Shown here one piece after another: positions 20,006 through 29,513 of a stretch of DNA of 51,455 bases. Each line of letters begins with the position of its first letter. Position 1 is the first letter of the stretch. The translations under genes were made by a program, and so were the position numbers. Origin of the DNA: Candidatus Eiseniibacteriota bacterium (GTDB lineage: Bacteria > Eisenbacteria > RBG-16-71-46 > CAZEPH01); contig JBGATO010000026.1 in assembly GCA_044229145.1 (NCBI GenBank), forward strand, positions 1-51,455, read 5' to 3'. The notes below the pieces were generated by a model. The model had not been told where the DNA came from. It made no database searches and saw nothing but the letters and a program-made list of their open reading frames with translations.

Positions 20006-20191
20006 CCAGGGACACCCTCGGGCCAGGGGCGATGACGGATGGAGCCTAGCGAGGGCGTGGCGCACGGCGCAGCAGAAAAGCGCTGAGTGCGCCCAAGGTC
20101 GCCCCGCGGCGCCGGGTGGCGCTTGTCGGCGCGGCGCGCGGCGGGCAGAATCCGACGCCAACGCTTCGTCCACTCACTGCGGGAACCTCTC

Positions 20192-21244
20192 ATGTCCGTC
20201 GACGCGATCCTCGTCCTCTCCTTCGGTGGCCCCGACGGCCACGACGACGTCATTCCGTTTCTCGAAACCGTGCTGCGCGGCCGCAACGTGCCGCGCGAGC
20301 GGCTGGAGATCGTCGCCGAGCACTACTACCTGTTCGACGGGCGCAGTCCGATCAACGCGCAGGTGCGTGAGTTGCTCGAGGCGCTGCGTGGCGAGCTGGC
20401 GGCGGGCGGCATCGATCTGCCGGTGTACTGGGGCAATCGCAACTGGCATCCGTTCCTCGCCGAGACGCTCGCGCAGATGAAGGCGGATGGCGTCACGCAC
20501 GCGCTCACCTTCGTGACGTCGGCGTTCAGTTCGTACAGTGGGTGCCGGCAATATCTCGAAGACATGGAGCGCGCGTGTGCCGCGCTCGACGGCGCGCCGC
20601 GGCTCACGAAACTGCGCGCGTTCTTCAACCATCCCGGATTCATCGAGACGATGACGGAGCGCGTGCGCGCGGCGCTCGACACCGTGCCGGCGGAGCGCCG
20701 CGACGCGTTGCGCCTGCTCTACACCGCGCACTCGATCCCGTCGTCGATGGCGGCGACGAGTCCCTACGTCACGCAACTTCACGAGGCGTGCCGCTTGGTG
20801 TCGGAGGCCTGCGGACGTCGCTTCGTGGCGGCCGGCGATGCGGACGGCGCGGATCGTCTGGTGTTCCAATCGCGCAGCGGTCCGCCGACGCAGCCGTGGC
20901 TCGAGCCCGACATCCTCGACGCGCTGCGGGCCGAGCGCGCCGCCGGCACCGAAGACGTGGTCGTGGTGCCGATCGGCTTCATCAGCGATCACATGGAGGT
21001 GCTGTACGACCTCGACACGCAGGCGCGTGAACTCTGCGACGAACTCGGCCTGCGCCTGACGCGCGCCGGCACCGCCGGCACGCATCCGCGTTTCGTGGCG
21101 ATGATCCGCGAGTTGATCGCCGAGCGCCTGGCAGGCGAGGGACCGCGCGTGACGGTCGGGGCGTTGCCGCCGGCACCCGACGCGTGCGCGGCCAGTTGCT
21201 GCCCGCCACCGGCGCGTCCGCCGGCGGGCCGCCCGGCGGCGTAG
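20192..21244 (+). CDS. hemH: Ferrochelatase
   Basis: LSFGGP, GRSPIN, WGNRNWHPF, SYSGCRQY, TAHSIP, FQSRSGP..PWLEPD, GFISDHMEVLYDLD. Confidence 0.95.
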   Translation: MSVDAILVLSFGGPDGHDDVIPFLETVLRGRNVPRERLEIVAEHYYLFDGRSPINAQVRELLEALRGELAAGGIDLPVYWGNRNWHPFLAETLAQMKADGVTHALTFVTSAFSSYSGCRQYLEDMERACAALDGAPRLTKLRAFFNHPGFIETMTERVRAALDTVPAERRDALRLLYTAHSIPSSMAATSPYVTQLHEACRLVSEACGRRFVAAGDADGADRLVFQSRSGPPTQPWLEPDILDALRAERAAGTEDVVVVPIGFISDHMEVLYDLDTQARELCDELGLRLTRAGTAGTHPRFVAMIRELIAERLAGEGPRVTVGALPPAPDACAASCCPPPARPPAGRPAA

Positions 21245-21318
21245 CGGGGCCACTGCCTCCTCCGTCGCCCTTCCGTGGGACTTGGGTCGCAGACGACGAT
21301 GGCGGGGGGGAGGAACGT

Positions 21319-23523
21319 ATGAGCGCGATCGTCGCCGCGAATCGGATCGAAGACGTGCTCGCCGGATGCCGGCGGGACGGATTGCTGCGCGAGCACGAAG
21401 GACTCGCGCTCTTGGATGCGCTCGGCATCACGACCCCACGCCACTGCGTGTTGCCGCCCGACGCGGATCCGGATGCGGCATGGCTCTCCACGCTGCCCGG
21501 GGCGCGCGTCGTCGTCAAGGTGGTGGCGGCGGACATCGCGCACAAGAGCGACGTCGGCGGCGTGCTGGTGGTCGACACGTCCGCGGCCGCGGCGGCATGC
21601 GCGACGCTGCGCGAGCGCTTCGGCGCGCGGCTCGAGGCGATCCTCGTCGAAGAGTGCGTCGAGTACGACCGCGAACCCGGCGGCGAGTTGCTGCTCGGCG
21701 CTCGCTGGACCGACGACTTCGGGCCGGTGGTGACGCTCGGCGTCGGCGGAGTGCACGCGGAGTTTTTCGCCACGGCGGGCGGCGCGCGGACGGCGATCGC
21801 GTCGGCGTGCGCGCCGCCGTCCGATTGGGCCGCGGCGCTGGAAGCCGGATGCCCGGCGGTGCGCCTGCTTACCGAGCCGCGTCGCGGACGGCCGGCGCGG
21901 CTCGATCGCGCGGTGCTCGCCGACACCGTCGCGCGGCTCGCAGCCTTCGCCGCAACGCACGTCGGCGCGCCGCTGCGCGAGTTCGAGGTGAATCCCTTGG
22001 TGGTGGCCGGTGGGCGGTTGGTCGCGCTCGACGCGATGGGTACGCTCACCACGGCACCGCGTCCGCAGCCGCCAGCGCGGCCAATCGAGAAATTGCGCGC
22101 GTTGTTCGCCCCACGCTCGGTCGCGGTGGTCGGCGTCAGCGAGAAGATGAATCCCGGCCACATCATCGTCCGCAACTTGCTGCGCGAAGGATTCGACGCG
22201 GCGCGCATCACCATCGTGAAGCCCGGCACCGAGACGCTCGACGGCTGCCGCTGCGTGCCGTCGCTCGACGCGCTGCCCGCGCCGGTGGATTTGTGCGTGC
22301 TGGCGATCTCCGCGCCGCAAGTGCCGGAGGCGCTCGCCACCATCGCGCGCGGCGGTCTGGCCGAGAGCGTCGTCGTGATCCCCGGTGGCCTCGAGGAGAA
22401 GTCGGGGAGCGACGCGGTGGTCGCGGCGATGCGCGACGCGCTGGCGGCGGCGCGCGCGCGGCCGGATCGCGGGCCGGTGATCTGCGGCGGCAACTCGCTC
22501 GGTGTGCGTTCGCAGCCTGGCCGCATCGACACGCTGTTCATTCCCGACGACAAGCTGCCACGCAGCGCGCAGCCGTCGCCGGTGGCGTTGATCTCGAACA
22601 GCGGCGCGTTCGCGGTGGCGCGCGCCGGCAAGCTGGCGGGCGGCACGCCGCGCTACATCGTGACCGCCGGCAACCAGATGGACTGCACGATCGGCGACTA
22701 CCTCGCGTACTGCGCGGCCGACGACGCGGTGCGCGTGTTCGCCGTCTACGTCGAGGGCTTCCGGCCGCTCGACGGCGCGCGCTGTGCCGCGGTGGTGCGC
22801 GAGATCCGCGCGTCGGGTCGCGCGGTGGTGTTCTATCGCGCCGGCCGCACGGCGGCGGGCGCGACGGCGTCGAGCAGTCACACCGCGGCGATCGCCGGCG
22901 ACGCGGCGGTGTGCCGCGCGCTGCTCGATGCCGCGGGCGCATTGGTGGCGGAGTCGCTCGAAGAGTTCGAGGACTTGGTGCAGCTCGCGGTGCGGCTCGA
23001 CGCGCGCGCGGTGCGCGGCCTGCGCGCCGGCGCCGTGAGCAACGCCGGCTTCGAGTGCGTCGGCATCGCCGATGCGCTCGGGCCTCTCGTGTTGGCGGAG
23101 TGGTCGGAGACGACGCGCGCGCGGTTCAGCGACGTGCTGGCGGCCGCGCGCATCGGCGACATCGTCGACGTGCACGATCCGCTCGACCTGACGCCGATGG
23201 CGGGCGACGCGGTGTACGAGGACATCGCGCGCGCGGCGCTCGCCGATGACGGTGTCGACGTGGCGATCCTCGGCTGCGTCCCGCTCACCGCGGCACTCAA
23301 GACGCTGGCGCACGACGCGGCGGACGGCGATGGCGTCGCCGCGCGGCTCGCGCGGGTGATCGCGGAGACGAGAAAACCCTGCATCGCCATCGTCGACGCA
23401 GGGCCTCTCTTCGACACGTTCGCCCGCCAGCTCGAAGCCGGCGACGTGCCGGTGTTTCGCACTGCCGACCGCGCGGTGCGGGCGCTCGGGCGCTATCTCA
23501 CGTGGCGACTCGGCTCAGCGTGA
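21319..23523 (+). CDS. Acetate/acyl-CoA ligase (ADP-forming), ATP-grasp first (beta-alpha order)
   Basis: HKSDVGGV, FGPVV..G.GG, EVNPL, P.SVAVVGVS, GNQMD, SHTAAIAG (catalytic His), SNAG, DPLDLT. Confidence 0.88.
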   Translation: MSAIVAANRIEDVLAGCRRDGLLREHEGLALLDALGITTPRHCVLPPDADPDAAWLSTLPGARVVVKVVAADIAHKSDVGGVLVVDTSAAAAACATLRERFGARLEAILVEECVEYDREPGGELLLGARWTDDFGPVVTLGVGGVHAEFFATAGGARTAIASACAPPSDWAAALEAGCPAVRLLTEPRRGRPARLDRAVLADTVARLAAFAATHVGAPLREFEVNPLVVAGGRLVALDAMGTLTTAPRPQPPARPIEKLRALFAPRSVAVVGVSEKMNPGHIIVRNLLREGFDAARITIVKPGTETLDGCRCVPSLDALPAPVDLCVLAISAPQVPEALATIARGGLAESVVVIPGGLEEKSGSDAVVAAMRDALAAARARPDRGPVICGGNSLGVRSQPGRIDTLFIPDDKLPRSAQPSPVALISNSGAFAVARAGKLAGGTPRYIVTAGNQMDCTIGDYLAYCAADDAVRVFAVYVEGFRPLDGARCAAVVREIRASGRAVVFYRAGRTAAGATASSSHTAAIAGDAAVCRALLDAAGALVAESLEEFEDLVQLAVRLDARAVRGLRAGAVSNAGFECVGIADALGPLVLAEWSETTRARFSDVLAAARIGDIVDVHDPLDLTPMAGDAVYEDIARAALADDGVDVAILGCVPLTAALKTLAHDAADGDGVAARLARVIAETRKPCIAIVDAGPLFDTFARQLEAGDVPVFRTADRAVRALGRYLTWRLGSA

Positions 23524-25356
23524 CACCGCCGCGCACACGTACTTCGCCGACATCGCGGGCGGGATGAGGCCTTCGGCGAGCATGGCGTCATGGAACGCCG
23601 CGCCGCGCGGGGTGCCGCCGGCGCGCGCGTAGGCGTCGCGCGCCGCGAGCAGTTGCGTGTAGCCGATGGCCGCCGCCGCCGCGCGGCCAGGTGCGTGCGC
23701 GCAGGCCGCGACGATCGCGTCCGCGTCGTCGCCGCTCACGCCGCCGCGCTTCTGCAAGAACGCGCGTGCCTCGCGGGTGCCCCAATCGCCGCGCGCCAAG
23801 TGCACGTCCGCCACCGCGCTCGCCAGGGCGCGGCGTCGCGCGCTCTCGACCTCACGTCGCGCGCCGTCGCCACGGAAGTAGTTCTCGCGCGCCAGGACAT
23901 CGGACGCGTAGAGCAGCCAGCCACCGAGCGCTGCGTCGCTGCGCTGCGATTTGCGCACCATGTCGATGTCCTGATTCGCCAGCGCGATCGGCAGGAAGCC
24001 GCCGACGTACGCGGTGGCGTCATCCCAGCCGTCGAGCGCCACGCCGGCGGCACGGCAGGCGCCGTCGTCGTGTGCCGACACGTACAGCAGCCCGGTGGTG
24101 AGCTCACGCCGGCGTTCGGCCGGCATCGTGTGGTCGCCCGGGAACGGGTGCTCGAATGGCGCCGGCGGTTCCAGCGTGCATGCCGCGGTCACCGGGCGGA
24201 ACGCGAACGGCGTCGCGGTGGCAACCAGCGGCCCCAGCGTCTTCGGCACCGTGACCAACCCGCGCGACGAGACGAAGTCGCGTGCGTCGTCGATCGCTCC
24301 GCGTGCGGTGCGGACCGGATCGGCACCACTGGCGCCTCCTCCGGTCAGCCCCGCGGCGACGATGCGCAGGGCGCCGCCGTCACCGCCGGCCGCCGCCCAC
24401 GCGGCGGTGCTGGCGTCGAGCAGGCGTTCGCTCACCGCGAGCAAACTGTCGGTCGATCCGTTCCACGCATACGCGGTGCGCAACCACGCGTCGGTGGTCT
24501 CGCGGCCGAGGGCGACGCCGCCCGCTTCCACGCCGCGCGCCCGCATGTCCTTCGCGCCGGCCCGCATGGCCGCCACGGCGGCCGTGCGCGCCGCCTTCCA
24601 ACGCGCCGTCTGCGCGGCGGGCAGATCGCCGGCCGCGTCGTCCAGCGCCTGCTCGAAGAACGTCGCGCCCTTGTCGAGCGTGGTGGCGCCGGCGTTCGCC
24701 AGCACCGCCGGTGGCTGCGTGACGTTGGCGCGCATCTCCGTCATCACGCGCGGCACCGCTTCGAGGCGCTTGAGGATGTTCGTCGCGCTTTCGGCGCGCG
24801 ACACGCCGGGACGCGTGAGCAGCGAGTAGACGCCCTGCACGCACTCGTCGGCGTAGAGGCCGGGATCGCGCTGCCAGCGCTTCAGCGTGGTCAGTTCGTA
24901 GCGCGACCGCGCCAGCGCCGACACCAACACCGCCTGATCCAGGCGGTCGCGCGGATTGAGCACCGCGAGGTTCGTGGTGCGCAGCGCGGCTTCCCAGCGC
25001 GCCAGCTCGGCGGCGCGCGCGGTGCGCGCGGCCGGTGCCCACGAGGCCAAGGCGCCGTCGTACCGGTGCATGCCGAGCGTCGTCGCGCTCACCGGATCTT
25101 GCCGCCACAATGCATCCAGCACCTTCATCGACTGGCCGCGCAGCTTCACCGTCGCGGCGTACTTCGGCGTCCCCGGCTCACCATCGGCGCGTGCCAGGCG
25201 CGGGGCGATCCACGCGACACAGAACAGCGCCACGGCCAACGCGAGCGCCCACCGCCACAACACCGCGGCCGGCCACGTCGTGGCACGGCGATACCGCGGC
25301 AACGCCACCGGGCGCACCTGACCAAGTGCCGGAGCGCACGACAAAGTGCGGGGCAT
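23515..25356 (-). CDS. DUF885 family exported protein (divergent)
   Basis: DPVSATTLGMHRYD, RLEAVP, GW.LY, FHDAML.EG.IPP; GAGGGAGG RBS; metal-binding HE..PGH motif appears lost. Confidence 0.78.
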   Translation of the reverse strand: MPRTLSCAPALGQVRPVALPRYRRATTWPAAVLWRWALALAVALFCVAWIAPRLARADGEPGTPKYAATVKLRGQSMKVLDALWRQDPVSATTLGMHRYDGALASWAPAARTARAAELARWEAALRTTNLAVLNPRDRLDQAVLVSALARSRYELTTLKRWQRDPGLYADECVQGVYSLLTRPGVSRAESATNILKRLEAVPRVMTEMRANVTQPPAVLANAGATTLDKGATFFEQALDDAAGDLPAAQTARWKAARTAAVAAMRAGAKDMRARGVEAGGVALGRETTDAWLRTAYAWNGSTDSLLAVSERLLDASTAAWAAAGGDGGALRIVAAGLTGGGASGADPVRTARGAIDDARDFVSSRGLVTVPKTLGPLVATATPFAFRPVTAACTLEPPAPFEHPFPGDHTMPAERRRELTTGLLYVSAHDDGACRAAGVALDGWDDATAYVGGFLPIALANQDIDMVRKSQRSDAALGGWLLYASDVLARENYFRGDGARREVESARRRALASAVADVHLARGDWGTREARAFLQKRGGVSGDDADAIVAACAHAPGRAAAAAIGYTQLLAARDAYARAGGTPRGAAFHDAMLAEGLIPPAMSAKYVCAAVSR

Positions 25357-25675
25357 GCACGATCCTCCCTCAACGGACGAAGCACGAGATGTCGGACTGG
25401 GATGTCGGCAACGCGCGGCGCATGGCGACGCGGCGCATCGTGTCATGTGGGGAGAAGCTGCAACGTGGAAACCGGTCCTCGTGGGGTGAGGCCCGAATCG
25501 TCACCGCGGCGGGCGAACAGGGGAGGCCGGCTCGCCGGGTGAGGTGCGCGTCGCGCGGGGCAGCGCGATTTGCACGATCCACGACACGTGCGGGGAGGAC
25601 GCGCAGGGATCGTGCCATGCACGCTAGCGAGGCGGACGATCGGCGGTCAAGCGCGATCGTCCGCCCCGGCGGGCG

Positions 25676-28027
25676 CTAGACAGGCATGGCGACCTGCGTC
25701 TGGGCGCGATGGCCGTCCGGCAGGAACGCGCGCAACATGCCGAGCTCGATCAGCGGATCGTCGAAGATCGGATCCTGCATCAGCGCGAGGAATTCGGCGT
25801 GCAGCGGATGATCCGGCAGACACACCGCCTTGTCCGCGTAGTCGGCGTCGGAGAACGTGCCCCAGTTGATCAGGCGCTGGAATTGCACCTCGTTTGCCCC
25901 GACCTCCCGGGCGAGCCGCACGAACGCCGGCATCTCGCGGAAGTTCTCCTTCTGCACCACGAAGGCGAGCCGGAAGTGCTCGATGCCCCACGCCTCCCGG
26001 TGCGCGCCGATGTAGCGCAGGTTGGGCAGCAGGTTCTCGAACTCGCCGCCGCGACGGAGGATGCGGTAGGTCTCCGGCGTCGCCGCGTCCACCGATACCG
26101 AAATGTGGCGGATGCGTTCCTTGAGCCGCGGGAATTTCTCCCACGTCTCCGGCGTCAGCAGCTGGCCGTTGGTGAGGATGTTGTAGTCGAGATGCGGATA
26201 CTCGCGTTCGCCGAGCCGCATAAGCAGGCGCCGGAACGTCTTCGACCCGAACGGATCGCCGGAGCCGGTAATGGTCACCAGCTTGGCGTCCTCGAGCAGC
26301 GGCAGGACGATGCGGTCGGTCATCTCGTCCATCTGCGCGCGTTCCTTCTCGTTCGCCTGCAGGACCGACTCGCGGCACGACGGGCACGACAGGTTGCAGC
26401 TGCGGTCGAAGGCGAGGTTGACGGTGCGCGGCGCGAACGGAATCGCCGTCATTTGCTCGTCGATCACCTGGCGCCAGCGCGGATCGCTCGCCGCGGCGTC
26501 GTGATGCGTCGGCAGCGCGCCGTTCTGGATGAAGGAACACGAAAGCTTGTTGCAGTAGCGGTAGGAACCGTCGAGCACCGAGGCGCGCATTTCCTGCAGC
26601 GCGTCGCCGTTCCAGACGTCGCGCCAGTCGCGCGTCGTGTAGACGTTGCCCATGGCTTGCGGCTGCCACACGGCGCAGCACGCGTGCACCGCGCCGCCCG
26701 GCAGCAGGTCGACGTTCTCGAAAGGCTTGGGACAGAAGTAGCGCGACAGCTGGAAGTGCGGGTCGTCGGGCGCGCGGCGTGCGTAAAGCGCGAACAGTGC
26801 GTTCTGCACTTCCGGCGAGCGCGAGTGAAAGGTGAGCTGGTCCTCGAGGTCGTGGATGGCGCCGTCGAGATCGCCGCGGGCCGCGCGCAAGAGCCCCAGC
26901 GCGGCGACGGTGCGCGAGGCACGACTCTGCCGCGGTGCCCGCGACAACGCGGCCTCGACGGCTGCCGCCAGCGCCGGCAGTTCCCCAAGAGCCGCGAAGT
27001 AGCCGTGCACGCCGGCATCGTCCGGATGCAGGTCAGCGGAGAGCCGGGCAATTTCCGGCGCCAGATACGCGGGGTCGGTGCCCTCGTCGGCACTCAGCCG
27101 GAGGAACTGCGTCATCGGGGCGACCGCCGCCTGCGACGCACCGAGCGCGAACTGCGCCAGACCCAGATAGCGGTACGCCTCGCGGCAGCGCGGTCGCTCG
27201 GCGAGCAGCTGACGCGCCACGAGCGCCACCGGTTCGTCCATCTGCACCGACTGCAAGATGTCGCAGAGCGCGATGCCGAGCGCCTCGTACGAGAGATCGA
27301 GTCCGAGTTCGTCGAACGCCGGGCCGAAGTAATCGAGCAGTGTCTTCATCGCCTCGACGGCCACCGGCACGTCGTGGAGCAGCGCGGCGTCGCGGGCGGC
27401 AGCGAGTTCCTCCCCGGCCCACGCGGCGAGTTCGCGGGTGAGTGCCGCGTCACGCGTGGCGGGCAGCGGCGGCAGCGCGACGTCGTAGCCGAGGATCCAC
27501 GGCAGATCGGAGGCGGCGAGCGTCCGCATGGCCGCGCGGGCGGCGCGGATCGTCGGCGGCGCCACCGGCGCCAGGGCGAGCGTGGCGGTGGTAGAGGGCG
27601 CCGGCAAATCGGCGAACGCCGCGGCGCGTGCCAGGACCATCGCCGGTTCTGCGGCCATCTCCTCGGCACGCAGCACCAGCAGCGGACACTGCGCGGCGAC
27701 GCCGAGCGCGAGCAGCGTCCGCACATCCTCGCTCCACGCCGTCACCGCCTGCGCGACATCGGCCGGCGTCGTGGCCTGCCGCCACGCGGCATCGGGCACC
27801 GGACCGCTGGTGCACACGATGAGGCGCACCAATGCCTCGGTCTCGGCCGCCTCGGCGAGCCGGGCCTGGATCCAGGGCAGCGCTTCCGCCGCCGCCAGGC
27901 TGGACTGCGTGAGGATCCGGCACGACGCGGCCTGGCCGCTGGCGCGGGCATGATCGAGAAGGGCGGCGGACAGCGCGGCGCGGCCCGAGCTCGGCGTGCC
28001 GATGACGAGGACATCGAGAGACGGCAT
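25676..28027 (-). CDS. Radical SAM protein with N-terminal sulfotransferase-like, TPR and SPASM/twitch-like regions
   Basis: CNLSCPSC, GSGDPF, LTNG, SVDA; upstream C.KPF...CC...GN...C...C cluster; GGAGGAG RBS before ATG 28027. Confidence 0.85.
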   Translation of the reverse strand: MPSLDVLVIGTPSSGRAALSAALLDHARASGQAASCRILTQSSLAAAEALPWIQARLAEAAETEALVRLIVCTSGPVPDAAWRQATTPADVAQAVTAWSEDVRTLLALGVAAQCPLLVLRAEEMAAEPAMVLARAAAFADLPAPSTTATLALAPVAPPTIRAARAAMRTLAASDLPWILGYDVALPPLPATRDAALTRELAAWAGEELAAARDAALLHDVPVAVEAMKTLLDYFGPAFDELGLDLSYEALGIALCDILQSVQMDEPVALVARQLLAERPRCREAYRYLGLAQFALGASQAAVAPMTQFLRLSADEGTDPAYLAPEIARLSADLHPDDAGVHGYFAALGELPALAAAVEAALSRAPRQSRASRTVAALGLLRAARGDLDGAIHDLEDQLTFHSRSPEVQNALFALYARRAPDDPHFQLSRYFCPKPFENVDLLPGGAVHACCAVWQPQAMGNVYTTRDWRDVWNGDALQEMRASVLDGSYRYCNKLSCSFIQNGALPTHHDAAASDPRWRQVIDEQMTAIPFAPRTVNLAFDRSCNLSCPSCRESVLQANEKERAQMDEMTDRIVLPLLEDAKLVTITGSGDPFGSKTFRRLLMRLGEREYPHLDYNILTNGQLLTPETWEKFPRLKERIRHISVSVDAATPETYRILRRGGEFENLLPNLRYIGAHREAWGIEHFRLAFVVQKENFREMPAFVRLAREVGANEVQFQRLINWGTFSDADYADKAVCLPDHPLHAEFLALMQDPIFDDPLIELGMLRAFLPDGHRAQTQVAMPV

Positions 28028-28127
28028 GACGCACTCCTCCATGAGAGGGCCGGAGAGAGCGCAAGCGCCGTGCGCGCCGCCCGCCGCACGGCCGTGCAAG
28101 CACTTAGCGCGTCGCGCGCGGCCCGGC

Positions 28128-28173
28128 CGGCACGAATTGCCGCCGCTCCCTGCCGGAGCGGCACAGTCTGCCG
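28128..28173. promoter_or_regulatory. Tandem palindromic sites CGGCA-N5-TGCCG
   Basis: Two copies (28128-28142, 28159-28173), 31 bp apart, in the divergent rSAM/pilin intergenic region. Confidence 0.45.
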
Positions 28174-28296
28174 CGCGGAAAAGAACTGGAGGAGGCGTCC
28201 CCGCCCGCCGATGTTACGGCCATTGCCCAGGACGGGCCCGGACTCGTGCGCATCGCGGGATCCGGCAGTGAGGTCATCCTCAGGAAGGGGTACCGA

Positions 28297-28716
28297 ATGT
28301 TCTCTCCATCGCGTCTCGCGCGGGGCCGTCGCCTCGCGGGCTTCACCATGATCGAATTGATGGTGGTGGTGATCATCGTCGCCATCCTGTCGGCGATCGC
28401 GGTGCCGCTGTACACCGGCTACATCAAGAACTCGCGCAAGAGCGAAGCGACCGCGCGCCTCGGGGCGATCCTCACCGCCGCGAAGTCGTACAACCAGGAG
28501 AACAGCGGCTGGCCGACGAGTTCGACGGCGAGCGGGTTCTACGGCGACTTCACCGGCAGCGACCACTTCACCTACTCGCAGACGTCCTCCTCGACGTCGG
28601 GCCACTACACCGCCACCGCGACCGGCAATGGCACCGACGGCATCACCAACTCGATGACGGTGTCGATGAGCGCCGCGGCGGACTCGGCCGCGTCGTACAC
28701 GTACTCCGGGTTCTAA
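28297..28716 (+). CDS. pilA: Type IV pilin (major-pilin-like)
   Basis: Class III signal AG|FTMIELMVVVIIVAILSAIAVPLY..Y...SRKSEA; strong terminator follows. Confidence 0.9.
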   Translation: MFSPSRLARGRRLAGFTMIELMVVVIIVAILSAIAVPLYTGYIKNSRKSEATARLGAILTAAKSYNQENSGWPTSSTASGFYGDFTGSDHFTYSQTSSSTSGHYTATATGNGTDGITNSMTVSMSAAADSAASYTYSGF

Positions 28717-28736
28717 CCCGCCGCACCTGCATCACG

Positions 28737-28772
28737 ACGCCGGCGGCCTCCGCGCGAGGCCGCCGGCGTTTT
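28737..28772 (+). terminator. Intrinsic terminator
   Basis: 14-bp stem ACGCCGGCGGCCTC/GAGGCCGCCGGCGT then T-run. Confidence 0.8.
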
Positions 28773-29060
28773 CGTACTCAGTCGATCTCAGGCCCCAGCG
28801 AAGGTCGTAGTCGGCTCTGCGACACCTGGACCGCTCGACGCCAGTCCAATTCGCCGTAGCATGACGGTGTACGCTGCGGCCCCCACCCGACGGCGTGCTG
28901 GCGGCGCGGCGCTCCTCCCACGCCCTCATCGGGACCGTCCGAGCCCGTGCTCCCGGCCCATGCACGTTGACCAGCCCCTGAACAGCCCACGCCCCATCGC
29001 GCCGCCCGGCGCGCTCTGCGCATCGCCGGCTCCGGCGCCCGTTCCCGCTGGAGGTTTGCC

Positions 29061-29513
29061 ATGCGCACCAAACTCCTGTTGTGGGCGAGTGCCCTGGCGA
29101 TGCTCGCGACCGCGACGTCGCAGGCCTTCGCCGTTCCGGACTTCCCGTCGTTGTCTCTCGCGCCGGCCACGCCGCAGACCGTGACGCCGCCGCAATCGGC
29201 CGAGGACAAGGCGCTGGCCGCCGTCGACGAAGCCGGGCGTCAGCACGTTGCCGCCTTGCTCGCGCAGCTGCAGGCCGCGACACAGCCCGAGACCGTCCGC
29301 GCACTCGAACGCCGCATCGTCGAAGCCAAGCTGCTGCAGCGCGCCGACTTCTTGCGCACCAAGATTCGATTTGCCACCGCGCGTGGCGACAATGCGACGG
29401 CGGACGAGGCGCAGCGCGTGCTGCGCGCGTTGCTCGATCCGGCATCGGTGGCGGAGAGCCCGGCCAACGTGACTGGCCCGGTGAAGGACGTGCCGAAAGG
29501 AGACGCGCGATGA
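29061..29513 (+). CDS. Secreted helical hypothetical protein
   Basis: GGAGG RBS, signal peptide (AFA), ATGA-coupled to next gene. Confidence 0.75.
   Translation: MRTKLLLWASALAMLATATSQAFAVPDFPSLSLAPATPQTVTPPQSAEDKALAAVDEAGRQHVAALLAQLQAATQPETVRALERRIVEAKLLQRADFLRTKIRFATARGDNATADEAQRVLRALLDPASVAESPANVTGPVKDVPKGDAR

Noticed and set aside
25370..25618. 82-aa minus-strand ORF upstream of DUF885 as a leader peptide
   Set aside because: No RBS, ATG only 2 nt from the -10, no recognisable composition; treated as non-coding leader.
28059..28078. sigma54-like GCGCAC-N5-TTGC upstream of the radical SAM gene
   Set aside because: Lacks the invariant GG at -24.
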